Virus record (IMG/VR): IMGVR_UViG_3300042975_000098
Direction: 5' to 3' (one strand)
From: a virus
DNA: 64,000 nucleotides
A program made the position numbers and the translations under genes. This document shows, one piece after another, positions 19,070 through 30,089 of the stretch. The notes beneath the pieces were generated by a model that did no database searches, had not been told where the DNA came from, and saw only the letters and a program-made list of their open reading frames with translations. Numbering within the stretch: position 1 is the stretch's first letter; the number at the start of each line of letters is the position of its first letter.

Positions 19070-21286
19070 ATGCAGTTAGAGTTGGAATCCGTACACCTGC
19101 GGAACTTCAGAATACACGCCGATTACACATTCAAACCGGCTTCGACCGGCGTCACCGCCATCGTCGGCAAGAGCGGCCATGGCAAATCCACCATCACCGA
19201 CGGGCTCGCGTGGGCGCTGTTCGGCACGAAGCCGCACTCGACGGTCAAGTCGGACTCATGGCGGCGTCAGCTGGCCCCGGAATCCGAGCCATGCTACGTC
19301 GACGTGAGCATCAAGGTCAACGATCAGAAGGTTCGCATCAAGCGCAGCATCGTCAACATGTCCGGCGCGGCGCAATGCGAATGCTGGCTTGACGGCGAAC
19401 TGGTCGCCGGCCCGGCCGTGACCCATGCCGCGAAGTGGATCAGCAAGACGCTCGGCCTTGACGAGGACGGGTTCCTGTCCGCGGTATTCGTCCAGCAGAA
19501 GCAGTTGGAGACGATCGTCTCCGCATCGCCGACCGAACGGCGCACCATTCTGGAGAAGCTCACCGGAATCACCGCGGTGACGAAGGCCATGGACCTGGCT
19601 CATGACGAGGAGCGTGGCTACGCGAAGGTCGTCGGCACGCTGAGGACGGATGACACGAAGCTCCCATCACTGGAGAAGTCCATAGCCAAACTCACGAATC
19701 ACATGGCCGACCTCGAATCGGAGTCCGATGACATCGGCGCCCGCATGGCCAAGGCGAAGCAGGATGGCGTCGCCGCCCGCGAGCGGTTCGACGCGCTGGA
19801 CGATCAGCACACGAAGCTCGAATCCAGCCGGGCGCGCTTCGACACCATCGACAAGGAGTACTCGATGCTCTCGGACCGCCAGTCCGAACTGATGGACAAG
19901 CAGAAGGAGCTCAAGGCCGGGCTGCCGTCAACACCTGTTGACTCGGCCACCATCGCCAAGCTCGAATCCGATCTCGACGCGCTCGCCACCCGCCGCTCGC
20001 AGGCGGCGTCGATCGTGAACGACTGCCGCCGGCTGGTAGCGGCGCGGCCGACCGCCGGCGAACTGGCCGACCTCGAATCCAAGGCGAAGTCGGCCGCGGA
20101 GGCCGCGAACGCCGACGATGGCGACGCGCTGACCGCGGAGCATGACCGGGTGAAGTCCGAGCACGCCGTGGCGGCAAGCCAGCGGCGACAGTACGAGAAG
20201 TCGCTGAAGGCGTTCGAGTCCGGCGACGTGGGCATCTGCCCGACCTGCCTCCAGCCCATCAAGGATCTCGGTCACATCAGGAAGAGCCTTGATGACATGC
20301 GGACGCGCGAGATCGATGCGAAGTCGAGCATGAAGTCGCTGGAGAACCGCATCACGGAGCATGAAACCGCCGTGTCGGCATCGGCGACGGCGGCGGCGGC
20401 GCTGGCTGACGCACGCGAACGCGAGCGTGTCGGCTCCGATGCCGACGCGCGGCTCGTCGACGCGGACGCGGAGCTCCAGACGGTGAAGGCCGAGGAGAAG
20501 GCCGTGCGGCGCACGTTGTCCGGCGTGGATTCCGATCGCGTGAAACAGCGAAACTATGATGACGTTATCGCCGAGTTCGATCGCGTGGCCCGCAGGCTGT
20601 CATCGGTGGCGGCTTCGCGTTCGGCGTTGTCCAAGGAGATCAAGGAGGTCGGCGCCGGGTTCACCGATGCCAGGCTCGAACGCGCGCGCAAGGCCATAGA
20701 CAAGGCGAGGGCGTCCTATAACGAACTGGAGCGGCGGTCGATCAAGATGGATGGTGAGCGCAGTCTGACCGAGGAGAAACTCGACCGGGCCGTCGAGACG
20801 AAGAAGAGCATCGAGGAGCAGATCGAGCAGAAGCGCGACATGCTCAGGAAGCTTGAGGTGGCCACCGGTTCGACATCTGTGCTGTCCGGCTTCCGCCAGT
20901 ACATGATACTCAATTCCATCCCGCAGATCACCGATTACGCGTCCGACCTCATCACGAAGATCACGGACGGCGCGTTCACGCAGATCGACATCGACAGCAA
21001 GTTCAACATGTCCGTGACCACCGGGGACGGCGTTGCCCGAGGGGTGGGGCTGCTGTCGGGCGGCGAGCGCGACGTGGTGGCCCTGTGCATGAGGCTTGCC
21101 ATATCCACGTTGCTCAGCGGCGGCTCGCCATCGCTCATCATACTCGACGAACCCGTCACCGCGCAGGACGACGACCGCACGGAGGCGGCGCTGGCGGCCA
21201 TTCGCGACATGCGCATCGGGCAGACCATCATCATCGCCCACAACGAGATAGTGAAGTCCATCGCGGATAACGTGGTGGAACTGTAG
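19070..21286 (+). CDS. sbcC: SbcC/Rad50 SMC-like ATPase
   Basis: LRNFRIH, GKSGHGKST, coiled coils with CPTC zinc hook, LSGGE, ILDEP, IAH. Confidence 0.92.
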   Translation: MQLELESVHLRNFRIHADYTFKPASTGVTAIVGKSGHGKSTITDGLAWALFGTKPHSTVKSDSWRRQLAPESEPCYVDVSIKVNDQKVRIKRSIVNMSGAAQCECWLDGELVAGPAVTHAAKWISKTLGLDEDGFLSAVFVQQKQLETIVSASPTERRTILEKLTGITAVTKAMDLAHDEERGYAKVVGTLRTDDTKLPSLEKSIAKLTNHMADLESESDDIGARMAKAKQDGVAARERFDALDDQHTKLESSRARFDTIDKEYSMLSDRQSELMDKQKELKAGLPSTPVDSATIAKLESDLDALATRRSQAASIVNDCRRLVAARPTAGELADLESKAKSAAEAANADDGDALTAEHDRVKSEHAVAASQRRQYEKSLKAFESGDVGICPTCLQPIKDLGHIRKSLDDMRTREIDAKSSMKSLENRITEHETAVSASATAAAALADARERERVGSDADARLVDADAELQTVKAEEKAVRRTLSGVDSDRVKQRNYDDVIAEFDRVARRLSSVAASRSALSKEIKEVGAGFTDARLERARKAIDKARASYNELERRSIKMDGERSLTEEKLDRAVETKKSIEEQIEQKRDMLRKLEVATGSTSVLSGFRQYMILNSIPQITDYASDLITKITDGAFTQIDIDSKFNMSVTTGDGVARGVGLLSGGERDVVALCMRLAISTLLSGGSPSLIILDEPVTAQDDDRTEAALAAIRDMRIGQTIIIAHNEIVKSIADNVVEL

Positions 21287-21331
21287 TCGATATTCCGACG
21301 ACCTGATAACCAGCAGGGGAGGCGACCGGGC

Positions 21332-22334
21332 ATGGCCGATGCGAAGAGCGAAACGGGCAAGAGGAAGAAGAAGATACTCGACCTGAACGCGTCGAGGGTG
21401 GCGGCGACCGCCATCGCCTCGATAACCACCTCCATCATCGCGTCAAGGCTGACCACCACGGTGAACAGCCTGATAGCGCTCGCCATCGTGTCCGTGATCT
21501 CCACGCTGTCCATCGAAGTGTACTCGCGTGTCCTCCACGGCACCCGGAAGGTCGCGGTGAAGACGGCGGCGCTGATCCCGTACTCACGGATACTGCCGGA
21601 TGGCATGGCCGATTCCATCAACGCGCGGTTGGAGCACGCCCTCGATGACACCGCGGGGTCGATGCCGGCCATCGTCGGCGCGGAGCCGCCGACCGCCGAC
21701 ATCGAGAGACCGGCCGATGTCGATTCGCCGGCAACCGCGGCCGGCGATGACGCCGCCGTGCTGGTCGGACCCGATGGCGCCGCCGCGGTGGTGAAGGCCG
21801 AGACCGCCTGCCGGCGATGATGACGATCACGGCGAGCGCATCGGCAGGATCACGCAGACGGTGCTTCTGTTCGTGGTGGTGGCGCTGATGACGATACTCG
21901 GCAGCGGCATCGTGTCGTCGATGATACAGAAGCCGACCACGGAGACGAACGTGTACCCGAGGACGTCGCTGTCGACCGAGGACACCCGTAAGATCATCGA
22001 CTCGGCGTCGGCGTCCGCGGCCGACAAGGTGAACGCCGCGCAGTCGACGACCGATGCGCGGGTGTCGGCGCTGTCGGACAGGATATCGGCGCTGGAGTCG
22101 AAGCTGGATTCGCTGGAGTCCGCCGCTAGCGGCAAGCCATCCACGCCGACCGCGAGCGCGTCGCCATCACCGAGCGCGTCGGCGTCGCCGCCCGCATCGT
22201 CGGCGCCTACGCAGCAGCCATCGGGGGCGAGCGAGGCCGATCTGGAGGCGCTGCGCAAGCAGGTGAACGATCTGAAGGCCGAGGTGGACGAGTTGAAGGC
22301 CGCCGGCGCCACATCCACGGAGACGCAGAAGTAG
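21332..22334 (+). CDS. Membrane protein with coiled coil, probably one gene with a +1 frameshift near 21805
   Basis: ORF 21332-21820 runs on in the next frame as PAGDDDDHGERIGR into ORF 21861-22334; GATATT at 21289 and SD upstream. Confidence 0.55.
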
Positions 22335-22510
22335 AACGTGCCGCTCAGACGCGCGTTAAGGGGTCATAGGCGGCATTTGCCGTCATACGGGTGTAATCTC
22401 ACCGGCAGTGGCCGAAGGCACGCTGGCGCCCGCCAGCGAGCGATTCCGTTGTCGGTCTGGCGGCTTGGGTTTCTGGTATAATAAAATCACATGAAAGTAG
22501 AAGGAGCATT

Positions 22511-24649
22511 ATGACGAAGAAGGCGGAGGAGTATTCGGCTGACACCCTGCTCACCCTTGATGACCGTACCCATCTGATCAAGCGCATGGGCCTCACATTC
22601 GGCCCGGAGGGGACGAACCCGGATTATCCGTACTCGCAGCAGAAGACGGTGGCGGTCAGGGAGATCATCGATAACTCCACCGATGAGATCCGCTCCGGGT
22701 ACGGTTCGCACGTCAGGCTGACCATCAGGGCCGATCATGGCGTGGAGGTCATGGATTCCGGTCGCGGCATCCCCGTGGACGTGAACCACACCACGCATGA
22801 GTCCGGCATCTACATGTCGCTCGGCAAGACGCAATCCGGCGGCAAGTTCTCCACGGATTCCAACCGGTTCACCAGCGGGTTGAACGGCGTCGGCGGCGGT
22901 TCGGTGGCGTTGGTGTCGCAGGCCATGTTCGTGACGGTGTACCGCGCCGGCAAACGGTACTCGCTGGACTTCCATAACGGTCTGCCCGGGTTCTTCGCCA
23001 AGTACGGCGACCCGACGTCGAAGTTCACGTCGCTGAAGGACATGGGCAAGGACAACTCCTACCTGAAGGTGGAGAAGGACACCCGGCCGGCGTCGGTCCG
23101 CAAGGACTACAAGACCGGAACGACCGTGCTGTTCTGGCTGGACGACAGCGCGTTCGTCAGCTCGAAGCCGATCGATGACCTTGACCTGGTGAACCGTCTG
23201 AAGTTCACGGCGTTCCTCACGCCCGAACTGTCGGCGGAGGCCATCGACGAGTGCCATCCCGTTGACGGCGAGCCGCTCCGCGAACAGTTCCATTACCCCG
23301 ACGGCATCGTGAGCATGGTGGATTACCTGGCTCCGAACGACAAGCTCATCCCCATCCAGCACATCGTCACCGAGGGGCATTACGTCGAGCAGGCGAACGT
23401 GCTCACCCCGGACGGCAGTCGCGAGCGGGTCGTCAAGAAGCCGGTCGAGCGCCGCATACCCATCGAGGTCGCGTGGACATACTCGCCCGACGCGTCCAAG
23501 GACCGTGACTACCGCATGGAATCGTTCGTGAACTCCATCTACACGAAGCTCGGCGGCGTTCACGAGAAGGCGTTCGAGCGCGCGCTGGTGAAGTCGTTCG
23601 TACCGAACATGAAGCCCTCGCAGGGGCTGAAGAAGGCCGACGAGCCGCCTCGCATCGACGATTTCATGGAGGGCATGACCGTGGTCCTGTCCGTCCAGCA
23701 ATCCGAGCCCATGTTCGACTCGCAGGCCAAGGAGTCGCTGTCGGGCTCGGAGAACCAGAAGGCCATACAGGCGGCGCTGGAGCGATCGTTCACCGAGTGG
23801 ATCGAGACGCGGAAGAACAAGGAGCCGTTCGACCTGATGGCCCGCAAGGTCATCCAGGCGTCGCAGGTGCGCCAGCACGCCGAGGAGCAACGGCAGCTGA
23901 AGCGCAAGGCGAACGCCATCGCGTCATCGTCCATGCCATCGAAGCTCAAGGACTGCGAGTTCGCCGGCAGCGAGGGCACCGAACTGCTCATCTGCGAGGG
24001 CGATTCCGCGTCCGGCGCGCTGACGGCCGCGCGCGACGCGCAGTACCAGGCGGTGCTGCCGGTTCGAGGCAAGGGCATCAACGCCGCCAAGGCATCCGCG
24101 GCCCGGCTCATGGCCAACGAGGAGGTCCAGTTCATGATCAAGGCGCTCGGCGCCGGGTGGGGCAAGGACTTCCAGCTCGACAAGATGCGCTACTCGCGCG
24201 TCATCTTCGCCACCGATGCCGATGATGACGGGTACCATATTCAGGACCTTCTGCTCATCATCTTCTGGACGCTGTTCAAACCAGCCGTCCTCGACGGCCG
24301 CGTGTTCGTCGCGGTGCCGCCGTTGTACGAGGTGACCAGCAGGAGCGGCGATCTCATCACGACGCTGGTGACTCCGGCCGACTTGGAGGAGTTCAAGCAC
24401 AAGCAGGATAACGCCGGCAAGAAGCCGGGTTCTGATTACCTGGTCGACCGCACCAAGGGTCTTGGCCAGAACGACGCCGAGGTGCTGTGGGAGACCATGC
24501 TGAACCCGTTGAACCGGGTGCTCAAGCAGATCGATGCGAAGGACATCGAGGCAATCCAGTCGGCCCTCGCCGTGACGAACGGCAGTGACGTGTCAATAAG
24601 GAAGAACTGGATCGAATCGACGGCCGGCACCATCGAGGACGAGGACTGA
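22511..24649 (+). CDS. Type IIA topoisomerase B subunit (GyrB/ParE)
   Basis: EIIDNSTDE, DSGRGIP, GGKF, GLNGVG, EGDSA, PVRGK, TDADDDG, KGLG; TATAAT at 22477-22482. Confidence 0.93.
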   Translation: MTKKAEEYSADTLLTLDDRTHLIKRMGLTFGPEGTNPDYPYSQQKTVAVREIIDNSTDEIRSGYGSHVRLTIRADHGVEVMDSGRGIPVDVNHTTHESGIYMSLGKTQSGGKFSTDSNRFTSGLNGVGGGSVALVSQAMFVTVYRAGKRYSLDFHNGLPGFFAKYGDPTSKFTSLKDMGKDNSYLKVEKDTRPASVRKDYKTGTTVLFWLDDSAFVSSKPIDDLDLVNRLKFTAFLTPELSAEAIDECHPVDGEPLREQFHYPDGIVSMVDYLAPNDKLIPIQHIVTEGHYVEQANVLTPDGSRERVVKKPVERRIPIEVAWTYSPDASKDRDYRMESFVNSIYTKLGGVHEKAFERALVKSFVPNMKPSQGLKKADEPPRIDDFMEGMTVVLSVQQSEPMFDSQAKESLSGSENQKAIQAALERSFTEWIETRKNKEPFDLMARKVIQASQVRQHAEEQRQLKRKANAIASSSMPSKLKDCEFAGSEGTELLICEGDSASGALTAARDAQYQAVLPVRGKGINAAKASAARLMANEEVQFMIKALGAGWGKDFQLDKMRYSRVIFATDADDDGYHIQDLLLIIFWTLFKPAVLDGRVFVAVPPLYEVTSRSGDLITTLVTPADLEEFKHKQDNAGKKPGSDYLVDRTKGLGQNDAEVLWETMLNPLNRVLKQIDAKDIEAIQSALAVTNGSDVSIRKNWIESTAGTIEDED

Positions 24650-24693
24650 ACGACGTCGCCAGCGGTATGATGACAGCGGAGGCATAAACACAC

Positions 24694-27600
24694 ATGGACG
24701 GTTTCGTCAATCTTCACAACCACTCGGAGTACTCGCTGCTGGACGGGTTCTCCCACGTGGACGAGTACATCCACCGCGCGTGGTCGCTTGGCCAGGACGC
24801 CGTGGGTCTGACCGACCACGGCAACCTCCATGGCGTATACCAGCTTGTCTCGCGCGCGCTGGCGTCAAGCCATGTCGCCGACGGCAACGGACGGCCGCAG
24901 GAGCCGGTGTACGTGAAGCCGATACCGGGCGTGGAGGCGTACATGGCCCCGCTGAACCCTCTCGGCGCCAAGGTGCGCAAACCGGTGTACTACGGCACGC
25001 CAAGCCAGCGGCACATGGACGTCTCCGCCCGCGGGTCGTACCTTCACCTCACGCTGCTCGCGCAGAACGACACGGGATGGCATAACCTCATCAAACTGGT
25101 GACGGCCGGCAGCACCCCCGAGACGTTCCGCCAGCACCCCCGCATCGACATGGACATGCTGGCCCGGTATGCGGATGGTCTCATCGCGTTCACCGGCTGC
25201 CCGTCAGGAGAGATCGCCACGAGGTTCAGGCTCGGGCAGGATGACAAGGCCTACGAGTACGCGCGCCGCATGAAGGACCTGTTCCCCGGCCGCTACTACG
25301 TCGAGGTCATGAACCACCGGATGAAGTCCGACATCGAACGGGTCGTGCTCGGCAAGCTGCGCAGGATGTCCGATGACCTGTCCATCCCGCTGGTGGTGAC
25401 GAACGACTGCCATTACGCCATGCCCGAGGACGCGAAGCACCAGGAGGAGATGCTGGCCGCGCAGTCGAACGCGAGCATGCTGGACGCGGCCACCTATGAC
25501 GGCGGCCCCAGGTTCGCGTTCGACAGCCACCAGTACTACATGAAGTCCGCCGATGACATGCTGAAGCTGTTCCCGGAGTCCGAATGGCCGAACGCCGTCG
25601 CCGACGCCATCGCCATCCGTGACGGCGTTCACGTGAACCCGGATGATGACATGTCCGGTCGCATCGCCGACGGGCTGGCGGCCGCCGTCATGACCGGCTC
25701 CGGCGTGGCCGACGACGTGGTGTCGCTGGTGTCCATGCTGGGCGAGCGCATGACAGGCGAGGGCATACTGCGACGCTGCGCCGACGCCGGCGTGGCCGAG
25801 GGCGGCGCCGACGCGAGCACGGTTGGTCGGCGGGCGCTGGCGCTGTTCACGCCCGATGACGGCATCGACATCAAGCTGCGTCATGACCTCAGACCGGTGG
25901 TCCCGGTCCCCGATGGCGAGACCGAGGAGTCGATGTTCCAGAAGCAGATCAACGCGGGGTTCAAACGCAAGTACGTGGATGAGAAGGCCGACCCGGCGAT
26001 CATGGTCGAGGCGAAGAAGCGCATCGCGCACGAGTACCCGGTGTTCGCGAACAACAACTTCATCCAGTACATGCTCGTCGTCGCCGATTACATCAACAAG
26101 GCCCGCGAGATGGGCGTCAGCGTCGGCCGCGGCCGAGGAAGCGCTGGCGGCAGCATCATCGCGTACCTCATGGACATCGTTCGAGTGGATCCGATTAAGA
26201 ACAATCTGATCTTCGAGCGCTTCCTGAACCCCGAACGCTTGTCGCCACCCGACGTGGACACCGATTTCGCGTCATCGCGCAAGAACGACGTGCTCCAGTA
26301 CGTGCAGCGCAAGTACGGTAACGACAAGATATCCAACGTCATCGTCTTCACCACGTTCAAACCACGCACCGCATGGTCGGACATGGCGAGGATATACCGC
26401 ATCCCCATCTACGAGTCGAATCGCGTCAAGGGCCTCATACCGGAGGAGAAGGACATGACCCTGGCCTCGCTGTTCGACCGGAATAGCAAGTTCTACGACA
26501 AGGCCGCCGATTTCCGCGAGGCCGTGAAGGCGTACCCGCAGGTATTGGAGGCTGCGTTGGCGATAGAGGGCAGGGTGAAGACCACCACCATCCACCCGTG
26601 CGCCGTCATCATGGCCGACGTGCCGATCTCAGACGTGGCCCCGCTGGCATGGCGCCCGAAGCCCAAGGACCCATGGGGCGACTGGTATACGCAGTGGACG
26701 TACCAGGAGTGCGAGGCCCTTGGCCTCATCAAGATGGACTTCCTGTCGCTCATCGATCTCGACATCATCTCGTGGACGGTCGCCAACATCAAGAAGACCC
26801 GCGGCATCGACATATCCATGGAGGATGTCGTCAAGAACATGGATGACAAGCCCACGTATGACATGCTCGGTCGCGGCGACACGCTCGGCGTGTTCCAGAT
26901 GGGAAGCAGCAACTTCCAGGACCTCATGATACGCATGAAGCCTACCAGATTCGATGACATCTCCGCTGGCGTCGCTTTGTACCGACCGGGCCCGATGGAT
27001 ATGGGAGCCCACATCGCCTACGCGGACGCGAAGAACGGCCGGATCAAGCCCGAACTGCTCGACCCCTCGTTCAAGGACACCGCCATCGACCGCATTCTCG
27101 CGCCGACATACCAGAAGATCGTGTACCAGGAGCAGGTCATGCAGATATCGCAGCAGGCCGCAGGGTTCACCATGGGGCAGGCTGACGTGCTCCGCAAGGC
27201 CATGGGGCACAAGAAGCCGGAGACCATGGCGGCCATGCGCACCAAGTTCGTGAACGGATGCGTCGCCAACGGTTACGAGCGCGGTGCCGTCGAGAAGCTG
27301 TGGGGGTTCATCGAGGAGTTCTCGGCCTATGCGTTCAACAAGGCGCACTCGGCCGCGTACGGGCAGGTGTCCTACATGACCGCGTGGCTGAAATGCCACT
27401 ACCCGGCGGAGTTCATGAGCGCCTTCATGAGCGCCCACATCAAGGAGAAGTCGAAGCTCTCCGAGTTCGTTGATGACTGCGGCGCCATCGGGCTCAAGGT
27501 CTCCGGTATCGACATCAACGAATCCGAGGGCAAGATGACGCCCGTGAGAAAGACCGCGCCGGACTCGCCGGACATCGTGTTCGGGCTTGAGGGGCTGAAC

Positions 27601-28569
27601 GGAATCTCCGAGAAGCTGTCGGCCGATATCGTCGCGTACCGCCAGCGTCACGGCCGGTTCGCAAGCGTTGATGACTTCATGCGCAACGCGCCGGACGGAC
27701 TCATCAACGCGGCGACGCTGACCACGCTGGCGAACGTAGGCGCGTTCGACGGGCTGGGCGTGAACAGGCGCGCGCTCGCCACGTCGGCGGCCGAGGTCGT
27801 GGCGTTCTACAAGGACGTGTCGAGGAACGCGACCAGGGGGCAGCGCTCCATCTTCGACGTCATGGGGTCGAACGACCATGACGTGTACCAGTTCCCGGAC
27901 ATCGAGGACTGGTCGTTCATCGACAAGCTGAAGATGGAGAAGACGATCGCCGGCACGTACGTGTCCGCCCGTCCGCTGCAGAACGTGGGCCGCGGCATGT
28001 CCTACCTGCGGGCGGCGTCGAACATCCCCATCATCGCCGCCGACGATCTGAGCAGGGCCACCGGCCGCGGCACGTTCCGCACGCTCGCGTTCCTCACCGG
28101 CATCGAACGCAGGACGAGCCGTAAGGGAACGCCGTTCTACCGTCTGAACATCGATGGTGATGAGACGTCGACCCCGGCCATGATATTCGGCGGTCAGGTT
28201 GATGCTATCGAGCAGTCCGACGCGAACCTCGTCGACGGGTCTCTCTACCTGGTGTCCGGGAAGTACTACAACGGGTACAACGACCGCATGACCTACTCGA
28301 TCGAATCGGTGACGCCGATGGAGCTCGCACGGGACGGCCGCATGCCGCTATGGGTGCGACTCACCGAGGCCAGCGCCGAAGCCGCCGAGAAGATCATCAA
28401 GCGCGAACTCGCCCGCCACCCCGGTGACCTGCCGGTGTTCTTCTCCGTGAAGCTTCACGATGGCACCATCGACAACCACTATAGCGGCCTGTCGATAAGC
28501 GATGACGATGAATCGATCATGGAACTAGAGGACGCCATCGGTAGCAAGCGCATGGGCGTTTGGGAATGA
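24694..28569 (+). CDS. dnaE: DNA polymerase III alpha subunit
   Basis: HNHSEYSLLDG, TDHG (PHP), GRGSAGGS, FERFLNPER..PDVDTDF, KMDFL, YRPGPM, YQEQ, YAFNKAHS. Confidence 0.96.
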   Translation: MDGFVNLHNHSEYSLLDGFSHVDEYIHRAWSLGQDAVGLTDHGNLHGVYQLVSRALASSHVADGNGRPQEPVYVKPIPGVEAYMAPLNPLGAKVRKPVYYGTPSQRHMDVSARGSYLHLTLLAQNDTGWHNLIKLVTAGSTPETFRQHPRIDMDMLARYADGLIAFTGCPSGEIATRFRLGQDDKAYEYARRMKDLFPGRYYVEVMNHRMKSDIERVVLGKLRRMSDDLSIPLVVTNDCHYAMPEDAKHQEEMLAAQSNASMLDAATYDGGPRFAFDSHQYYMKSADDMLKLFPESEWPNAVADAIAIRDGVHVNPDDDMSGRIADGLAAAVMTGSGVADDVVSLVSMLGERMTGEGILRRCADAGVAEGGADASTVGRRALALFTPDDGIDIKLRHDLRPVVPVPDGETEESMFQKQINAGFKRKYVDEKADPAIMVEAKKRIAHEYPVFANNNFIQYMLVVADYINKAREMGVSVGRGRGSAGGSIIAYLMDIVRVDPIKNNLIFERFLNPERLSPPDVDTDFASSRKNDVLQYVQRKYGNDKISNVIVFTTFKPRTAWSDMARIYRIPIYESNRVKGLIPEEKDMTLASLFDRNSKFYDKAADFREAVKAYPQVLEAALAIEGRVKTTTIHPCAVIMADVPISDVAPLAWRPKPKDPWGDWYTQWTYQECEALGLIKMDFLSLIDLDIISWTVANIKKTRGIDISMEDVVKNMDDKPTYDMLGRGDTLGVFQMGSSNFQDLMIRMKPTRFDDISAGVALYRPGPMDMGAHIAYADAKNGRIKPELLDPSFKDTAIDRILAPTYQKIVYQEQVMQISQQAAGFTMGQADVLRKAMGHKKPETMAAMRTKFVNGCVANGYERGAVEKLWGFIEEFSAYAFNKAHSAAYGQVSYMTAWLKCHYPAEFMSAFMSAHIKEKSKLSEFVDDCGAIGLKVSGIDINESEGKMTPVRKTAPDSPDIVFGLEGLNGISEKLSADIVAYRQRHGRFASVDDFMRNAPDGLINAATLTTLANVGAFDGLGVNRRALATSAAEVVAFYKDVSRNATRGQRSIFDVMGSNDHDVYQFPDIEDWSFIDKLKMEKTIAGTYVSARPLQNVGRGMSYLRAASNIPIIAADDLSRATGRGTFRTLAFLTGIERRTSRKGTPFYRLNIDGDETSTPAMIFGGQVDAIEQSDANLVDGSLYLVSGKYYNGYNDRMTYSIESVTPMELARDGRMPLWVRLTEASAEAAEKIIKRELARHPGDLPVFFSVKLHDGTIDNHYSGLSISDDDESIMELEDAIGSKRMGVWE

Positions 28570-28576
28570 GGTTCAC

Positions 28577-30070
28577 ATGTCTGATGACGATTCACTGAGC
28601 GGGCTGTTCGACTTCGCCGACGCCGCGCCCGCCGATGATGGCGGTTCGACGCCGGAGTCATCGGGCGCCATGCCATCGACTGACGGGCCGTCTCCGAGCG
28701 ACTCGAACTCCGTGCCGGCGTCATCGCCGAGTATCGATGACGTGCCCGCGGACGTTGACGGATCGCCGTCGGCGCCGGCCGCGCCGGCAGTCGATGACAC
28801 CGTGTTCCCGCTCGGCGACGATCAGCCGCTGGCGTCCCCGTTCACGCCCGCGGACGAGGCGGAGCAGCCGCTCAGCGATGATAGGCTTGCGGCGCTGCTC
28901 GATGACGGGTACGACATGGATTCCGATGATGACCTGTCGGCGCCGGAACCGCAGGAGGACATGATTCTCGGCGATGACGAGGAACTGCCCGCACCGAGCG
29001 TGCCCGACGTGCCGCCCGCGGTCGCGCTCGACGACGTGACCGGCCTGCCCATCCCCGAACTGCCGGCCATAGGCGTCGACGACGACGCCGCCGGCTCGCC
29101 AGGCAGCCCGGACATGCCGGCGCCGCCCATCGATGACGATCTGCCGTCGCCGGTGACGACATCGCTACCGACGCCGATGGACATGGGCGAGGATGACGAG
29201 CCATCCACCGCTGATGGCGATGACATCGATGAGGATGATACGCAGTTGTTCGATGACGACCAGTCAACAGATGTTGACGGCGACGACCCCGACGATGACG
29301 ATACGCCAGCCGCCGAGCCTGACGGTGATGACGGAACCGAGTCCGGTGAGAGCGACGACGATGCGGGTGGTAATCCCGGGAAGATCGACGCGCTGAAATC
29401 CAAGTTGGCTTCGTTCTGGCGGCAGGTGAAGACCGAGTTCACTTCCCCGGAGGCGGCGGAGAGAGCCATGAGGGGAGGCGACGGGTCGGAGCCGACGAAC
29501 GCCGACACGGGCGAGTCCGATGATGGCGATGTCGATTCCGATGACGAGCCATCCAAGGAACTGGTGGCGGAACCTGCCGGCGCGAAGAGCAAACCGGGCG
29601 CTGGCGGCGCCGGCAAGGGCGGCGGTTGGCTTGCGCCGTGGAGACTGCTCATCGGCCTGTTCAGAACGGCGGGCAAACTGGTCAGGATAGCCGTGTCGCT
29701 CGCCGGCGTGTTCGCCGTGCTGCTCGTGGTATGGCTAGTGCTCAACGTTCCCGTGGCGATGAACCACACCGAGGCGAACACGATCGCCGCCGACGAGGGT
29801 TCGGTCACCGTGGCCGCGGCGGATTACCATGATGGTCGGGTCAACGTCGAGTTGAGGAACGGCGGCGACATGATAGCGCACGTCCACGCGACCGTGCGAC
29901 TCTACGCCTGGGCACCGCGGTCTGCCGTCACGCTGCTCGCGCCCCGGCGGACCGCCGAGTGCGAACTGGGGTCGGCCGATATCGACCCGGGAGCGGATAG
30001 GACGTTCACCGTCGAATGCCCGGCCGCCGGTCACTGGGTGCGCCCGCGGGTGGTGGTTCAATACCAGTGA
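28577..30070 (+). CDS. Membrane protein with long acidic/Pro-rich disordered N-terminus and C-terminal Ig-like domain
   Basis: About 330 aa D/E/P-rich region, one TM, beta-rich C-terminus with two Cys. Confidence 0.65.
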   Translation: MSDDDSLSGLFDFADAAPADDGGSTPESSGAMPSTDGPSPSDSNSVPASSPSIDDVPADVDGSPSAPAAPAVDDTVFPLGDDQPLASPFTPADEAEQPLSDDRLAALLDDGYDMDSDDDLSAPEPQEDMILGDDEELPAPSVPDVPPAVALDDVTGLPIPELPAIGVDDDAAGSPGSPDMPAPPIDDDLPSPVTTSLPTPMDMGEDDEPSTADGDDIDEDDTQLFDDDQSTDVDGDDPDDDDTPAAEPDGDDGTESGESDDDAGGNPGKIDALKSKLASFWRQVKTEFTSPEAAERAMRGGDGSEPTNADTGESDDGDVDSDDEPSKELVAEPAGAKSKPGAGGAGKGGGWLAPWRLLIGLFRTAGKLVRIAVSLAGVFAVLLVVWLVLNVPVAMNHTEANTIAADEGSVTVAAADYHDGRVNVELRNGGDMIAHVHATVRLYAWAPRSAVTLLAPRRTAECELGSADIDPGADRTFTVECPAAGHWVRPRVVVQYQ

Positions 30071-30089
30071 TCCGTATATTGAACTGTGT

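Noticed and set aside
22487-23890. Long minus-strand ORFs (also 26629-27879, 4756-5811 and others)
   Set aside because: Antisense shadows of high-GC3 genes with clear + strand motifs
28182-28187. Intragenic GATATT hits (e.g. in dnaE and cpaE)
   Set aside because: No plausible gene start or structured RNA at the N8 position; consistent with background
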